Source of the DNA: Dehalococcoidia bacterium
GTDB lineage: Bacteria > Chloroflexota > Dehalococcoidia > UBA2979
NCBI GenBank assembly: GCA_963667465.2
Contig: CAXXDN010000002.1
Span: 480,001-544,000, forward strand
DNA length: 64,000 nt
Direction of reading: 5' to 3'
Position numbers and translations under genes: made by a program. Of the stretch, positions 17,506 to 28,200 are shown in pieces. Under the pieces are notes generated by a model that saw only the letters and a list, made by a program, of their open reading frames with translations, had not been told where the DNA came from and did not search any database. How positions within the stretch are numbered: position 1 is the stretch's first letter; every line of letters starts with the position of its first letter.

Positions 17506-20500
17506 TTGCCTCGATACTGCTCCGCCTGTGGCGCCGAACGGCCCTCGGACGCCACCGTCTGCGCTGAGTGCGGCGCGCTCGACGAGTCCATCGCTATCGG
17601 CCAGACGGCCGAGTCGGTCACGGCGCTGCTCGACGAGATCGACATCTGGCGGGCTGCGGGTCTGCTCGATGCCGTCTCGTTCGAGCGGCTAAGGGGCTAC
17701 TACGAACGCCGCCGCGCGGAGCTGCTTCCCTCGCCGGCGCCGTCCGCTGCGCCGGACGAGCCCGTTGCCGCGCCACCTGACACCGCGGAGGCGCGCGTCC
17801 TCGTGCCTCCCGATTCGCCGCCTCCCCAGCGTCCGCCCGCGCTGTCCATCGGCGAGTGGGCTGCGCGCCGGCAGGCGGACATCCTGCTCTACCTTGGCGC
17901 CTTTCTGCTGGTGAGCTCCGCGCTGATCTTCGCCTCGAGCCAGGACGATGCCCTGTCCGGCGGCTGGCGTGTGCTGTTGCTCGCCGTCTACACCGCCGCG
18001 TTCATCGCTGCCGGGGCGCTGCTCCAGCGCTGGCCGCGGGTGCGCGAGGCAGGCCCGGCGTTCCTCGCAATCGGGGCGCTGCTGACGCCGCTCAACTTCC
18101 TGTTGCTCCACAACGAGGTGCTCGGCGACCGCGATGTCTCCGGCGCGCTGGTCTGGTTCGCGGCTTCCGTCTACAGCACGGCCTTCTACGCCTTCCTGTT
18201 CGCCCGTGGCCACGGGCGGCTCTACGCCATTCCCGCAGCGATCGCGCTGCTGAACGCCTGGGGATCGCTCGCGGTCGCCGTCGGGCTGCCGCTCGAGTGG
18301 GGTGGGGCATGGTGGATGGGGTTCGCGCTCGCCGCTACGGTCGTCCTCTCCTATACACGCCGCTGGAGTGTCGCCGCGGCAGTGCCCGTCGCCGTGATCG
18401 CCGCGCTGTCGCTCGTGATCGCGATCCTGATCGTCGCCTTCGACGCCTCCACCGAGCACGGCTGGCAGCTCCCGGCTGCGTCCGCGCTGCTGATGGCGCT
18501 CGTGGCCGTTGCCGGCTGGTCCCTGCGCCAGCCGCTTGTGCTCCTCGCCGTCGTGGCGCTTGCCGCTGTGACCGGTCTTGGAGTGGTATGGGCGGCGGAG
18601 TTGCCCGAACAGTGGTACAGCGCGCCGCCGCTGGCTGCCGTCGTGCTGCTGCTGCTCAGCCGCGACCTCTGGAGCGGCTGGAGTGCGCAACTCTCGCGCG
18701 GTTCGTGGCTGCTCGTCGCGGCCGGCTTGCTGTGGCCGTTCCTGCTCACGGAGACCCAGCTCGATGGCGATAGCTGGGGGGCCGCCGCCGCCTTTCTCGC
18801 CGCAGCCCTGCTGGCGGCAGCCGTCGTGTGGCGCAACACCAGCGACGGTGTGTACGGGCCGGACTGGAACCTGCGGTCCTCGACGCACCCGGTGGAGCGC
18901 GTCGCGTTCGCGTGGCTCGGCTTCATCGCCGCGCTGGTTGCCCTCGGCTTCGCGCAGCGCGCGCTCGAGGTCGCCCGTCCGGATACGGGCTGGGCGTTCG
19001 CCGCGGTCGCCCTCGTGCTGTCGGTATCGCTCGCCGCCAGCGCGCGCCGAGCACCCAACCTGCTGTGGGCGATCCTCCCGCTGTTGCTGCTCGCGACGGC
19101 CGGTTCGATTCAGCAGCCGGTCGACCGCTTCGCGGGGCACGACGCCGTGCTGCTCGCCCTGCCCGCCGCGCACCTGCTCGCCGCCTTCGTGCTGCTGCGC
19201 CGCTGGAGCCTCGCCGCCGTCGCGGTGGCGCTGGGCATGCTCGCGCTGGCGGCGCTCTGGGAGGCGCAGGCGTGGCCGTGGTGGCGCCTCGCCGTGCTCT
19301 ACGCGGCGCTTGCCGTCCCGCTGTTTGGCGCGCTCACGCCGCTCCGCCGCTACGAGGCGCCCGAGCCAGCCGGGGCCGAGCGCTCGCTCGCCGTGCAGGC
19401 GCTGTCCTGGGTGATGCCTGCCGTCGCGGTGCTGACCGCGGCGATCGCCCTCGACGCCCGACTCGCCGGCGCGGGCATCGGGGCGCCCGGCACCGCCGAG
19501 TACCGCGCGCTCGTCCTCGTCACGCTGCTGTTCGCGCCGCTGTTTGCCTACGAGGCGTGGCGCTTGCGCCGCTGGGAGTTCGCGGTCCCCGCGCTCGCCG
19601 TCGTGCTCTGCAGCGCGGCCGCGCTCTGGCCGGTCTTCGAGTGGCCGACGTGGACACTGGCAGTGGCGTACTCGCTGGCGGGTGCGGCCACCTTCCTCGC
19701 CCTCGCTCGTTGGCGCCGCCTTGGCGACGACTCCGCCGCGCTGGCTGTCCAGGCGCTCTCCTGGGCGGGCCTCGTGCTCGGGCCGCTCACCGCGCTGCTG
19801 GCGGTCGGTGTCCGCCTCGAGACGATCGATGTGAATCCCGCGACCCTGGTCGAGTTCCGCGTGCTCACCGCGCTGTTCCTGCCCCTCGCCGCGGCCGTCG
19901 AGTTCGATGGGCGGCGGCTCGGGATCGGCTGGGCCGCGCTGCCAGCGTCGGCGCTGATCATGGTCGCGCTCGAGCTTGCGATCGCGACGCTGGAGCCCGC
20001 GAACGTCCAGGCCCACACCATTCCGGCCGCCCTCTACCTCGCCATCGTCGGACTGCTCGCACGCACCCCGGAGCGGCTTTCCCGCCAGCTCGGCTGGCAC
20101 GAGCTGCTGCAGCTCGCCGGAGCGGCGCTGCTGGTGTTGCCGCAGGCCGAGCAGGGCTTCGATCCGGGCGGCGCGCGCTGGGGGCTGGTGCTGCTGATCG
20201 AGGGCATCGCGCTGCTCGGGATTGCGATGGTGCTGGGGGCGCGCTGGCTCGGCGTCTCGGGGGTGTTCACGCTCTCGGGAGTCGCGCTGCGCTTCCTCTG
20301 GGTCAACCGCGACAGCGACGCCGTCCCCTACTGGGTCATGCTCGCCGTCGCCGGATTCGTCCTCCTCGCCATCGGCCTCATGGTCCTCCTGCAGCGCGAC
20401 TGGTGGGACCGCACCCGGCTCCGCCTCCAGACCTGGTGGCGCCGGGACGCGGTCCTCGATGCGCGCTCGCCGCTCGCCGTCCCCGCGCCGGTGCTGTTCG

Positions 20501-20550
20501 CGGCGCTCGCTCCCGTCCTCGCGATTCTCGCCGTCGGGAACCCCGACTGA
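17506..20550 (+). CDS. Very large polytopic membrane protein with N-terminal zinc ribbon (DUF2157/SCO7613-like)
   Basis: CSAC..CAEC; EIDIWRAAGLLD..FERLRGYY; ILLYLGAFLLV; more than 25 hydrophobic segments. Start uncertain. Confidence 0.75.
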   Translation: MPRYCSACGAERPSDATVCAECGALDESIAIGQTAESVTALLDEIDIWRAAGLLDAVSFERLRGYYERRRAELLPSPAPSAAPDEPVAAPPDTAEARVLVPPDSPPPQRPPALSIGEWAARRQADILLYLGAFLLVSSALIFASSQDDALSGGWRVLLLAVYTAAFIAAGALLQRWPRVREAGPAFLAIGALLTPLNFLLLHNEVLGDRDVSGALVWFAASVYSTAFYAFLFARGHGRLYAIPAAIALLNAWGSLAVAVGLPLEWGGAWWMGFALAATVVLSYTRRWSVAAAVPVAVIAALSLVIAILIVAFDASTEHGWQLPAASALLMALVAVAGWSLRQPLVLLAVVALAAVTGLGVVWAAELPEQWYSAPPLAAVVLLLLSRDLWSGWSAQLSRGSWLLVAAGLLWPFLLTETQLDGDSWGAAAAFLAAALLAAAVVWRNTSDGVYGPDWNLRSSTHPVERVAFAWLGFIAALVALGFAQRALEVARPDTGWAFAAVALVLSVSLAASARRAPNLLWAILPLLLLATAGSIQQPVDRFAGHDAVLLALPAAHLLAAFVLLRRWSLAAVAVALGMLALAALWEAQAWPWWRLAVLYAALAVPLFGALTPLRRYEAPEPAGAERSLAVQALSWVMPAVAVLTAAIALDARLAGAGIGAPGTAEYRALVLVTLLFAPLFAYEAWRLRRWEFAVPALAVVLCSAAALWPVFEWPTWTLAVAYSLAGAATFLALARWRRLGDDSAALAVQALSWAGLVLGPLTALLAVGVRLETIDVNPATLVEFRVLTALFLPLAAAVEFDGRRLGIGWAALPASALIMVALELAIATLEPANVQAHTIPAALYLAIVGLLARTPERLSRQLGWHELLQLAGAALLVLPQAEQGFDPGGARWGLVLLIEGIALLGIAMVLGARWLGVSGVFTLSGVALRFLWVNRDSDAVPYWVMLAVAGFVLLAIGLMVLLQRDWWDRTRLRLQTWWRRDAVLDARSPLAVPAPVLFAALAPVLAILAVGNPD

Positions 20551-20622
20551 GCGGGCGTCAGGATCGGTCGATCCCGCCGGCGCGAGGGCGTCCAGAACCG
20601 CCGTCTCGGATACACTGGACCC

Positions 20623-20835
20623 GTGATTGACGAGACGCCGCAGGTCGCCTACCGCAACGCCTGGGAGGGCTGGCGCGAGCAGCTCGATCAGGTCCACGCC
20701 GTGCTGCTCGAGGGCGAGCGGGTGCACCCCTCGAAGCTCAAGGGGTTGCTCAACCGCGAGGCCAACGCCAAGGACCGCTACGACGCGGCGCGCCGCCGCC
20801 TGCTCGGCATCCCGGACCCCGGAGAAGAGGAATAG
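20623..20835 (+). CDS. Small helical hypothetical protein (70 aa)
   Basis: Good codon bias, TACACT 6 nt before the GTG, stop 4 nt before the ccdA ATG. Confidence 0.75.
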   Translation: MIDETPQVAYRNAWEGWREQLDQVHAVLLEGERVHPSKLKGLLNREANAKDRYDAARRRLLGIPDPGEEE

Positions 20836-20839
20836 CGCC

Positions 20840-21625
20840 ATGACGGCAGCGGCCGGTTCGGCTCCGTCCTCCTGGTACCGCAGCGGCTACCCGCGCTCAT
20901 TCGCGATCGGCGCCGCGTTCTCGGTCGCGTGGTCGCCCTGCATCGGCCCGATCCTCGGGGTGGTGCTGACGCTCGCGGCGACGTCCGGGACGGCGGTGCA
21001 GGGTGCGCTGCTGCTGATCTTCTACTCGCTCGGCCTCGGGGTCTGGTTCCTCGCCTTCGGGGCGGCGTTCGGCTGGTTCGCGCCGAAGGTGCGCAAGCTG
21101 CAGCCCTACATGCCGAGCCTGATGGCGGTGAGTGGCGCGCTCTTCATCATCGTCGGCGCGCTGATGCTGCTCGGCGAGTTCGGGCGGCTCAACACCTACT
21201 TCCAGTCGTTCGGCTTCCTCTTCGATCAAACCTCGTCCGCCGAGGAGAACCTGTCGCAGGGCACGGACGGGATCGCCGGTCCGGCGATTGCCTTCGTCGG
21301 GGGCATCGTCTCCTTCCTCTCGCCCTGCGTGCTGCCGCTGGTGCCGGTCTACCTCGCGAACCTCGCGGGCGAGGTGTTCCAGCTGTCCGGCAGCTCGGTC
21401 TCCGCGCGCCGCCAGCTGTTCATCCACTCGATCGTCTTCGTCGTTGGCTTCACGCTGGTCTTCGCCTTCGTCGGCGCGTCGGCGGGGTTCGTCGGCGGTC
21501 AGGTGCAGGAGCACCTGGACACCGCGACCCGCGTCGGAGGCGTCCTGCTGGTTGTGTTCGGACTGCAGATGAGCGGGTTGATCAACATCCCGTACCTGGA
21601 CCGCACCTACCAGCTCCCGGGGTAG
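20840..21625 (+). CDS. ccdA: Cytochrome c biogenesis/thiol-disulfide transporter CcdA, circularly permuted
   Basis: Both PC motifs are present but in reversed order: AWSPCIGPILG first, GIVSFLSPCVLPLVP second. Confidence 0.85.
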   Translation: MTAAAGSAPSSWYRSGYPRSFAIGAAFSVAWSPCIGPILGVVLTLAATSGTAVQGALLLIFYSLGLGVWFLAFGAAFGWFAPKVRKLQPYMPSLMAVSGALFIIVGALMLLGEFGRLNTYFQSFGFLFDQTSSAEENLSQGTDGIAGPAIAFVGGIVSFLSPCVLPLVPVYLANLAGEVFQLSGSSVSARRQLFIHSIVFVVGFTLVFAFVGASAGFVGGQVQEHLDTATRVGGVLLVVFGLQMSGLINIPYLDRTYQLPG

Positions 21626-21694
21626 CACCCGGCGCAACCGAGGCATAACGACGCCAAACCGGCGTTCTCGCGCCGTACCCGTTGTGAATGTCGC

Positions 21695-22168
21695 ATGACG
21701 TTTGCTACGCTTCCTGCGATGCCAGGCGAGTTCAGCGGACTCGACATTGAAGAGATGGGCCGCGTCATCGACGAGGCCGGGGTCCTGATCATCCGCTTCC
21801 ACGTCATCCCGCAGCGCCTGCTCGTGGACACCCGCGAGTCGGCCGAGGACAGCCCGCAACTGCGTCTCGTGCCGCCGGTCTCCTCGGCAGAGGAGCGCTA
21901 CCGCTACCTCCAGAAGCTGCGCCCGGGCGTTCCGCTGCCCGACCAGATCACCGTCCTCAGCTGGCCTCGCTACATCGAGGTGATGCGCGAGGCCGGACTC
22001 TGGCAGCGGCTTGAGCAGCGCATGTTCGAGCTGGGCGGCGCCGCGCTCGCCCGGCGTTGCGGCGAGGTCTTCGACGAGGTCCGTTCGGCCGAGCGCGCCG
22101 AGGTCGTCTCCGCGATCATCGGCGGCGAGGGCTACGAGTCGCTCTGGGAGCGTGCTCCCACCACGTAG
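21695..22168 (+). CDS. Hypothetical protein
   Basis: Coding-like 157 aa ORF (RLLVDTR...SAEERYRYLQKLRP). Start may be 21719. Confidence 0.7.
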   Translation: MTFATLPAMPGEFSGLDIEEMGRVIDEAGVLIIRFHVIPQRLLVDTRESAEDSPQLRLVPPVSSAEERYRYLQKLRPGVPLPDQITVLSWPRYIEVMREAGLWQRLEQRMFELGGAALARRCGEVFDEVRSAERAEVVSAIIGGEGYESLWERAPTT

Positions 22169-22255
22169 TCCGCTGTCCCGGCACGGCGATCTCAACCGTC
22201 CCCTCTGCTAGCCTCCACGGCGGCCCGTTGTGGCCTCGGCGTTGGGAGTAGCTGC

Positions 22256-23008
22256 GTGCGGATGCCCTTGATCGCGGCGCTGCTGGTCGTGCTCGGTAGC
22301 GCCTGCGCAACCGGCGGCGCGGGTGGCGGAGACACCGAGGACATCGTCCGCGCCGTCCCCTTCGGCGACGGCGAGCGCCTTGTCTACGAGCTGGTCGACG
22401 CCGACGGCGCGGTCGTCGGGCGCGGCATCTTCACGACCACGGCACAGGACGACGCCTTCGGGCTCGTGCAGACCTATGAGGAGAACGAGACACCCTCCGG
22501 CGAGCGGCCGATTGTTGACGTCGCGACGGTCGTCGTGGACGCGGCGACGCTCAAGCCGCGCCTCGCCGAGCGTACGATCCAGCGGCGCGAGCCCTCCGAC
22601 GACGAGTGGTACCTGGCGAAGTACGCAGCCGGCGACGGCGAGCCGCAACTCGTCATCACGCAGCACAGTGGCGGGAGCGAGCGCACGCGCGAGCTCACGC
22701 TGCGCGAGCACCACTACGACAGCCAGTCGTCGCTCTGGGTCTGGCGTACGATCGCCCTCGCCGAGGGCTTCGAGGCGAACTACGTCTCGGTCAACCCGCG
22801 CGACGCCTCGCAGGTCACGGCGCGGCTCGTGCTGGTCGACCGCCAGACCATCGAGGTGCCCGCCGGTACGTTCGAGACGTGGCGGCTGCAGGTGCGCAAC
22901 GGCCGCGATACGCGCATCGCCTGGATCCACGCCGAGCCCCCGCACGAGATCGTGCAGTGGGACAACGGCACGCTGTTCCTGCGTCTTGTCGAGACGGACG
23001 GGCCCTGA
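22256..23008 (+). CDS. Lipoprotein, DUF3108-like
   Basis: Lipobox-like LGSAC, GERLVY, and EVPAGTFETW motif. Confidence 0.7.
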   Translation: MRMPLIAALLVVLGSACATGGAGGGDTEDIVRAVPFGDGERLVYELVDADGAVVGRGIFTTTAQDDAFGLVQTYEENETPSGERPIVDVATVVVDAATLKPRLAERTIQRREPSDDEWYLAKYAAGDGEPQLVITQHSGGSERTRELTLREHHYDSQSSLWVWRTIALAEGFEANYVSVNPRDASQVTARLVLVDRQTIEVPAGTFETWRLQVRNGRDTRIAWIHAEPPHEIVQWDNGTLFLRLVETDGP

Positions 23009-23020
23009 TCGGGTGCCCCG

Positions 23021-23602
23021 CTACGAGTGGAGCAGCGGGGCGATCGCGTCGCGCAGGCTCTCGCCGAGTTCGCCCCACGAGGCGCGCGCTGCGCTGAGCG
23101 CCTGAGCGAACGGCTCCGGTTGGCTCGCGGGTACGAGGACGACACCGGCAGCGCGGAAGCGCTCGCGCTCCTCGGTGGTTGGGCCGGCCGCTGCCTGACC
23201 CGGGAGCGCGTCGATCGCCGTGAGCAGATCGCGCACCTGCCACTCGAAGGTGGGTGGCTCCGCGGGGAGCCCGAACGCCCAGAGGGCCGCGAGGCCCTCG
23301 ACATTTGCCGGCGGCCCGGCCTCCACGCTCGCCGCCGCGCTCCACATCCCCGTCGAGTGCCTCGCGACGCCCTCGAGCACGAAGCGCAGGTGCGGCGCCG
23401 AGGAAGCGAACGCCTCGAGGTCGTCCGTGGAGCCCAGCCAGGTCGCGGTGATCAACTCGCGCTCAGAGCAGGCGGCGAGCGTCGCCTGAGCGCCCTCGGC
23501 GGAGGCGAGTGCGCGGGCGAGCGTGGCGAGTTCGGTGCGTTCCGCCTCGTCCAGGTCGTCCCGCAGGCCCGCGACCACCAGGTGCAGCAGCGCAGGGGCC
23601 AT
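23021..23602 (-). CDS. Hypothetical protein (possible duplicated dimeric alpha-beta barrel)
   Basis: 193 aa, last gene of the ABC operon; DLEAFASSAPHLRFV resembles Dabb-type motifs. Confidence 0.55.
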   Translation of the reverse strand: MAPALLHLVVAGLRDDLDEAERTELATLARALASAEGAQATLAACSERELITATWLGSTDDLEAFASSAPHLRFVLEGVARHSTGMWSAAASVEAGPPANVEGLAALWAFGLPAEPPTFEWQVRDLLTAIDALPGQAAAGPTTEERERFRAAGVVLVPASQPEPFAQALSAARASWGELGESLRDAIAPLLHS

Positions 23603-23608
23603 CGCGAG

Positions 23609-24361
23609 CTACCCCGCGGCCTGTCCGCCGGGCGGGGGCCCGGCCATCGGCAGCGCGCCGGGCGCCTCGGCGAACGGGGTGGCCGGACGCAGCCGGCCGT
23701 CCTCGATGGCGAGGCGGCGTGTCGCGAGGCCGCCTGCTGCCTCCCGGTCCGTGGTGAGCAGCGCCGCCCCGCCGCGCGCCGTGAGCAGCGCGAGCTGCCG
23801 CTCCAGCATCGCCAGCGCCTCGGCGTCCAGCGCGGCGGCGGGCTCGTCGGCGAGGAGCAGGCGCGGTTCGACTGCCATGGCGCGGGCCAGCGCGGCAAGC
23901 GCGCGTTCGCGCGGCGTCAGCTCGTGCGGACGGCGCGCGGCGAGGTGTGCGAGGCCATTCGCGGCAAGCTGCTCGCCTCGCCGGGTGGCGCGCTCGCTCC
24001 TCCCGAGGCCCGCGATACGCATCGCGAGGTCGATCTGCTCGGCGACGGAGAGTGTCGGATGCAGCCCGCCGCCCTCAGGCAGCAGGGCGATTGAGCCACC
24101 GCGTAACGCGCGCCGCCTCGACGCCGGGACTGCCGCCAGATCCTCACCGTCGAAGTGCACCGTGCCCTCGTCGGGCTCCAGCAGCCCGGCTGCGACCCGG
24201 AGCAGCGAGGTCTTCCCCGCTCCCGGCGGACCCTCGATGCTGACGATCTCGCCCGCCCGCGCCGCCACGCCGGCCCCGCGTAGCGCCTGCCGCGCGTAGT
24301 CGCGCGTGCGATACGCGAGCGAGACGCCCTCGATGGCGATCAGTGGCTCGTCGGATGTCAC
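23609..24361 (-). CDS. LolD/FtsE-like ABC ATP-binding protein with degenerate motifs
   Basis: Walker A GPPGAGKTS and Walker B LLADEP present; signature reads LTPRE; no Q-loop Gln or switch His. Confidence 0.8.
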   Translation of the reverse strand: MTSDEPLIAIEGVSLAYRTRDYARQALRGAGVAARAGEIVSIEGPPGAGKTSLLRVAAGLLEPDEGTVHFDGEDLAAVPASRRRALRGGSIALLPEGGGLHPTLSVAEQIDLAMRIAGLGRSERATRRGEQLAANGLAHLAARRPHELTPRERALAALARAMAVEPRLLLADEPAAALDAEALAMLERQLALLTARGGAALLTTDREAAGGLATRRLAIEDGRLRPATPFAEAPGALPMAGPPPGGQAAG

Positions 24362-25272
24362 CGGCGTCTCCAGGGCGGTCGCGGGTCCGGAGGCGGGCGG
24401 TCGGGCCAGACGCCGACGTGGTCGCCCTCGTTCGTGACGCGCGCGCGCCGCCCGATGCCAAGCGCCGCGCGCTGGTCGGGTGCGATCTCGACGCGTCCGT
24501 CGCGGTCGAGGACGGCGAGTTCGTCGGTGCGTTCACCCTCGCCACGGGAGAAGGCCGAGCGGCGCACCAGCTCCGAGACGATCCGGCCCTCGCGCATCCT
24601 CACCTCACCGCCGATTCGGCGGGCGAGCGAGGCGTCGCGGGTCGCGACCAGCACCGTGAGCCCGAGGTTGCGGTGCAGCCGCCGCAACACATCGACCAGC
24701 TCCTCGCGCTCGTCCAGGTCCAGTGCGACCGCTGGTTCGTCCAGCAGGAGCAGGCCCGGCTCGTGCGCCAGCGCCACGGCGATGGCCGTTCGGATCGAGG
24801 CGAGCGGCGGCAGCCGCTCCGCGCGCACGGCAGCCATCTCCTCGAGGCCGGTGAGCGCGAGCAGGTCCGCGGCGCGCCGCCGGGCGCGCCCGACCGGGAC
24901 GCCGGTGAGGCGGAGCGGCAACTCGACGTTCGAGGCGACGCTGCCTCGCAGCGCCGGACCCCCGCTGCTCGCGAGTCCCACGGACCCGCGCCGCAGCTCG
25001 CGCAGCTCCGCCTCGCTCGCGAGGGAGAGTTCGAGGCCATCTACACGGACGAGCCCGAAGTGCGGGCGGACGAGCCCCGCGATCACGCGCAGCAGCGAAG
25101 TCTTGCCCGATCCGGCGGGGCCGAGCAGCGGGCGCAACGCGCCGCGTTCGAGCGTGAAGGAGAGCTCCCGCAGTGCGTACCCGCGCCCGTTCGCGGCCTC
25201 CAATGTGAGTCCGCTGCATTCGACGTGGCTCGCGAGGCCCATGTCGGCGGTCGGCTGCTGCGCTGCGGCCAT
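24358..25272 (-). CDS. LolD/FtsE-like ABC ATP-binding protein with C-terminal AbrB-like extension and degenerate motifs
   Basis: GPAGSGKTS, LLLDEP, signature LPPLA, VATRD; C-terminal VLDRDGRVEIAP...ALGI. Confidence 0.8.
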   Translation of the reverse strand: MAAAQQPTADMGLASHVECSGLTLEAANGRGYALRELSFTLERGALRPLLGPAGSGKTSLLRVIAGLVRPHFGLVRVDGLELSLASEAELRELRRGSVGLASSGGPALRGSVASNVELPLRLTGVPVGRARRRAADLLALTGLEEMAAVRAERLPPLASIRTAIAVALAHEPGLLLLDEPAVALDLDEREELVDVLRRLHRNLGLTVLVATRDASLARRIGGEVRMREGRIVSELVRRSAFSRGEGERTDELAVLDRDGRVEIAPDQRAALGIGRRARVTNEGDHVGVWPDRPPPDPRPPWRRR

Positions 25273-25273
25273 C

Positions 25274-28200
25274 TCAGGCCTCCCCGACGGGCACGATGCG
25301 GGCCGGCGACGGTCGCACGGCTCGCCCTCGATACCGTAGCGCCGCCGCGGCCACGGTCACAACGACGCCTGCCGCGAGCGCGACCGCGGCAATCCAGAGC
25401 GGCGCGCCCTCCAGTTGCATGCGCAGCGGCGGCTCGATCATGGTCCCGCTCGCGTCGCGCGCGAGGATCGCGAGCAGCCAGTCCGCCAGCACGACGCCGG
25501 TCGCCACGCCGACAGCGGCGGCGCCGCCGAGCCGGAACAGCGTCTCGGTGGTGACTCCACCCAGCCAGCCGGCCGGCCTGCCGCCCAGCGCATCGATCGC
25601 CGCGCGTTCGGACTCGCGCTCCGCGCGGCGCAGCGCGATATCCAGCAGCATGCCGGCGAGGGCCGCGACGACGAGCGCTCCAAAGGCGAACGTGAGCACC
25701 GTGCGCCAACCGAGCGCCGCGGCCTGTTCCCGGCCCAGGGCGGCGCGCAGCGATTCGCGGTCGATGACCGTCCCCGCCTCGAGTGGCGCGCCCCGGAGGA
25801 CGGTGGTGGCGCGTGCGGGCGGCGCGCTCGCGAACCACGCCTCGTTCGTCGCCAGTGGATCGCTGCGCGGAGAGGCGTTGACCGCGGCGAGAAGCCGGTC
25901 CAGCCCGGCGACGACGAAGGCCGAGCCGGCCGGGAACGTCGGGAAGCCGTCCAGCGCGCTCGCCAGTTGGGCGTGCAGGACTTCCCCGCCAACCGCGAGC
26001 GTGAGCTCCTCGCCTGGCTCGATCGCGAGCTCCTTGACCGTGGCTCTTGAGGCGTAGACCAGCACGGGCGCGCCGTCCGTCTTCTGCCGCAGTCCGCGCA
26101 GCGCGGACGCGCCGGGCTCCGCCGACGCGTCCCAGTCGAGGTGCTGCGCCCCGCGGATGCCCGGCGGGGAAGCGAGCGTGTTGCGCGCGATCACCTGTGC
26201 GTCCCCGGCGGCGCTCCCGCTGATCGCCTCGAGGTCTTCGAGGCTGCGCATGTCGTGGACGGTCGAGCGCTCCCCGAACGCCTCACCGGCGCCGGCGAGG
26301 CGGTTGATGCGATCGCGCGGCGCGGCCGGTGCGTCCGGCGTGGCGAGCACCGGGCCGAGCAGCGCGCTGCCGGGCGTTGCGGAGGCCTCCTCGCCGAGCA
26401 GCAGGTAGTAGCCGTGCAGCGTGAGCGGCCCGGCCGTGTGCTGCGCGGGAATCGCCACGCCGTCGGGTCCGAGCGGCGTCGTGAGATCGGCCGCGTGGAA
26501 CGCCCAGCGCCCGCTGCCCGGCTCGGCGAGGGCGACGCCCAGCAGCAGCTGCAGGTAGCGCCCGCCCTCGTTGCGCAGGGAGAGCACGATGCGCACCTCG
26601 CCGCTCGTGTCGGTGAGCCTCACCCAGGCGCCGAGCTGGCGGGTGTTCGGCGGCACGGGTCGCCCCTCGAGGGCGGCTGCGTTCGCGCTGAGGGCGGAGA
26701 GAATCGCCGGCAGCGGGTCCGTTGTCAGGTCGGGCCGCACGTTCGCCACGGCGCCGAAGGTCGCCGGGTCGATGCCGAGCACCGCGACGGGCATGCTCGC
26801 GCCCTCGCGGCCGAGCGCGCCGCTCGTCCGCACAAGCGGCGATCCTGCAGCCATGCCCGCGCCGGCGATCGCCGCCCGGCGCTCCGCCTCACCCGCGTCC
26901 GCGAGGCCCGTCAGGCCGCTCGCCCGTACGTCACCTCCGGCGGAGTGCGCCGCGCGATCGACGGACGAGCGCTCGAGCGTGCCCGGCAGCGCCGCGAGCA
27001 ACAGCGCGACGGCAGCGGCAAGCACCACGAGCGGGAAGGCGACCCCCACGGACCCCCGCGCGACGCCTCGCAGGCCGCCGATCAGCGCGATCCCTCGCGT
27101 CAACGACGCCGGCCGGGCAAGCAGCCGGGCGATCAGCGGGACGAGCCGCCACGCCAGCAGTGCCGCGGGCGCCAGCAGTGCGGCGGGCGCGACCAGCAGC
27201 GCGTAGCGCGTCTCCCCGCCCTCGAACAGCGTCTCCTGGCGCGTGAGCGCCCAGAACAGCGCGCCGCCACCGACGGCCGCCGTCGTCAGCCAGACTCCCC
27301 GACCGGCCGCCGTGCGGTCGGCGAGGGCGGATGCCGTGAGCGCGAGGACGAGCACCGCCAGTGCGCCCGCGCCCGCCCACGGCAGGTCGCGCTGGATCGA
27401 GATCGTGAATGCGTCGCCGAGCGACTCGAACCCCTCGAGGCGGCCGAGGGTGGCGATGGCGAGCGCCGCCACGGGCGCACCAGCCACGAGGGCCAGCAGC
27501 GCCGCGGGCAGGGCGGCGAGCACTTCGAGCGCGGCGATCTGGTTGCGCGATGAGCCGGTCAGCCGCAGCCCGTCGCGCACTCGTCCGCGCCGCTGCGCCA
27601 GCAGCGAGGCCGCGCCGAAGACGAGCACCCCCAGCGCCGCCGCAATCTGCCCGAAGCGCAGCGCGAGCCCCGGCAGGTCGAAGCCCGGCAGGTCCGCCGC
27701 GTTCTCGATCGCTTGCGGAAGGCTGCTCTCGAGCTCGGCGCCGCCGAGGGCGGCGAGCTGCCTCGGCAGTTCGCGCACGCGGGCGGCGATCTCCGTCACG
27801 TCGCCGGCCTGGATGCCGGCCGGGTCCACCGCGTAGGTCGACTCAAACGCCGCGCTTGCGCCGCTGAGCAGGTCGGGCAGCGCGCCGAAGAAGGTCGTCT
27901 CCGGTACGAACAGGGCGAACGCGCCGCTCGTCGTGCGATCGAGCAGGCCGGGCCGCCCGCTCCAGTACGCGCTCGCGGGGTCGCGGGGCTCGGCGATGCC
28001 GGCGATCACGATCGGGAACCTGGCCGCGATGGACGAGCGCGGTATGAGCACCAGCTCCTGCCCCGGCGTCAGGCCTGCCTCGCGCGCGCTGCCCGGAGCG
28101 ACCAGCACCGGGACGGGATCGCCGACGCCGCGCGGGAGCGCCTCGGGGAAGCGCCCCTCCAGGAGCGTGACGTGCGCCTCGAGGTCGGAGCGGAAGCGCA

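Noticed and set aside
17473-17508. Non-canonical ATC start (17485) behind a GGAGG for the 1014-aa membrane protein
   Set aside because: It is in frame and well spaced, but cannot be distinguished from the TTG start at 17506 without homolog alignment or proteomics.
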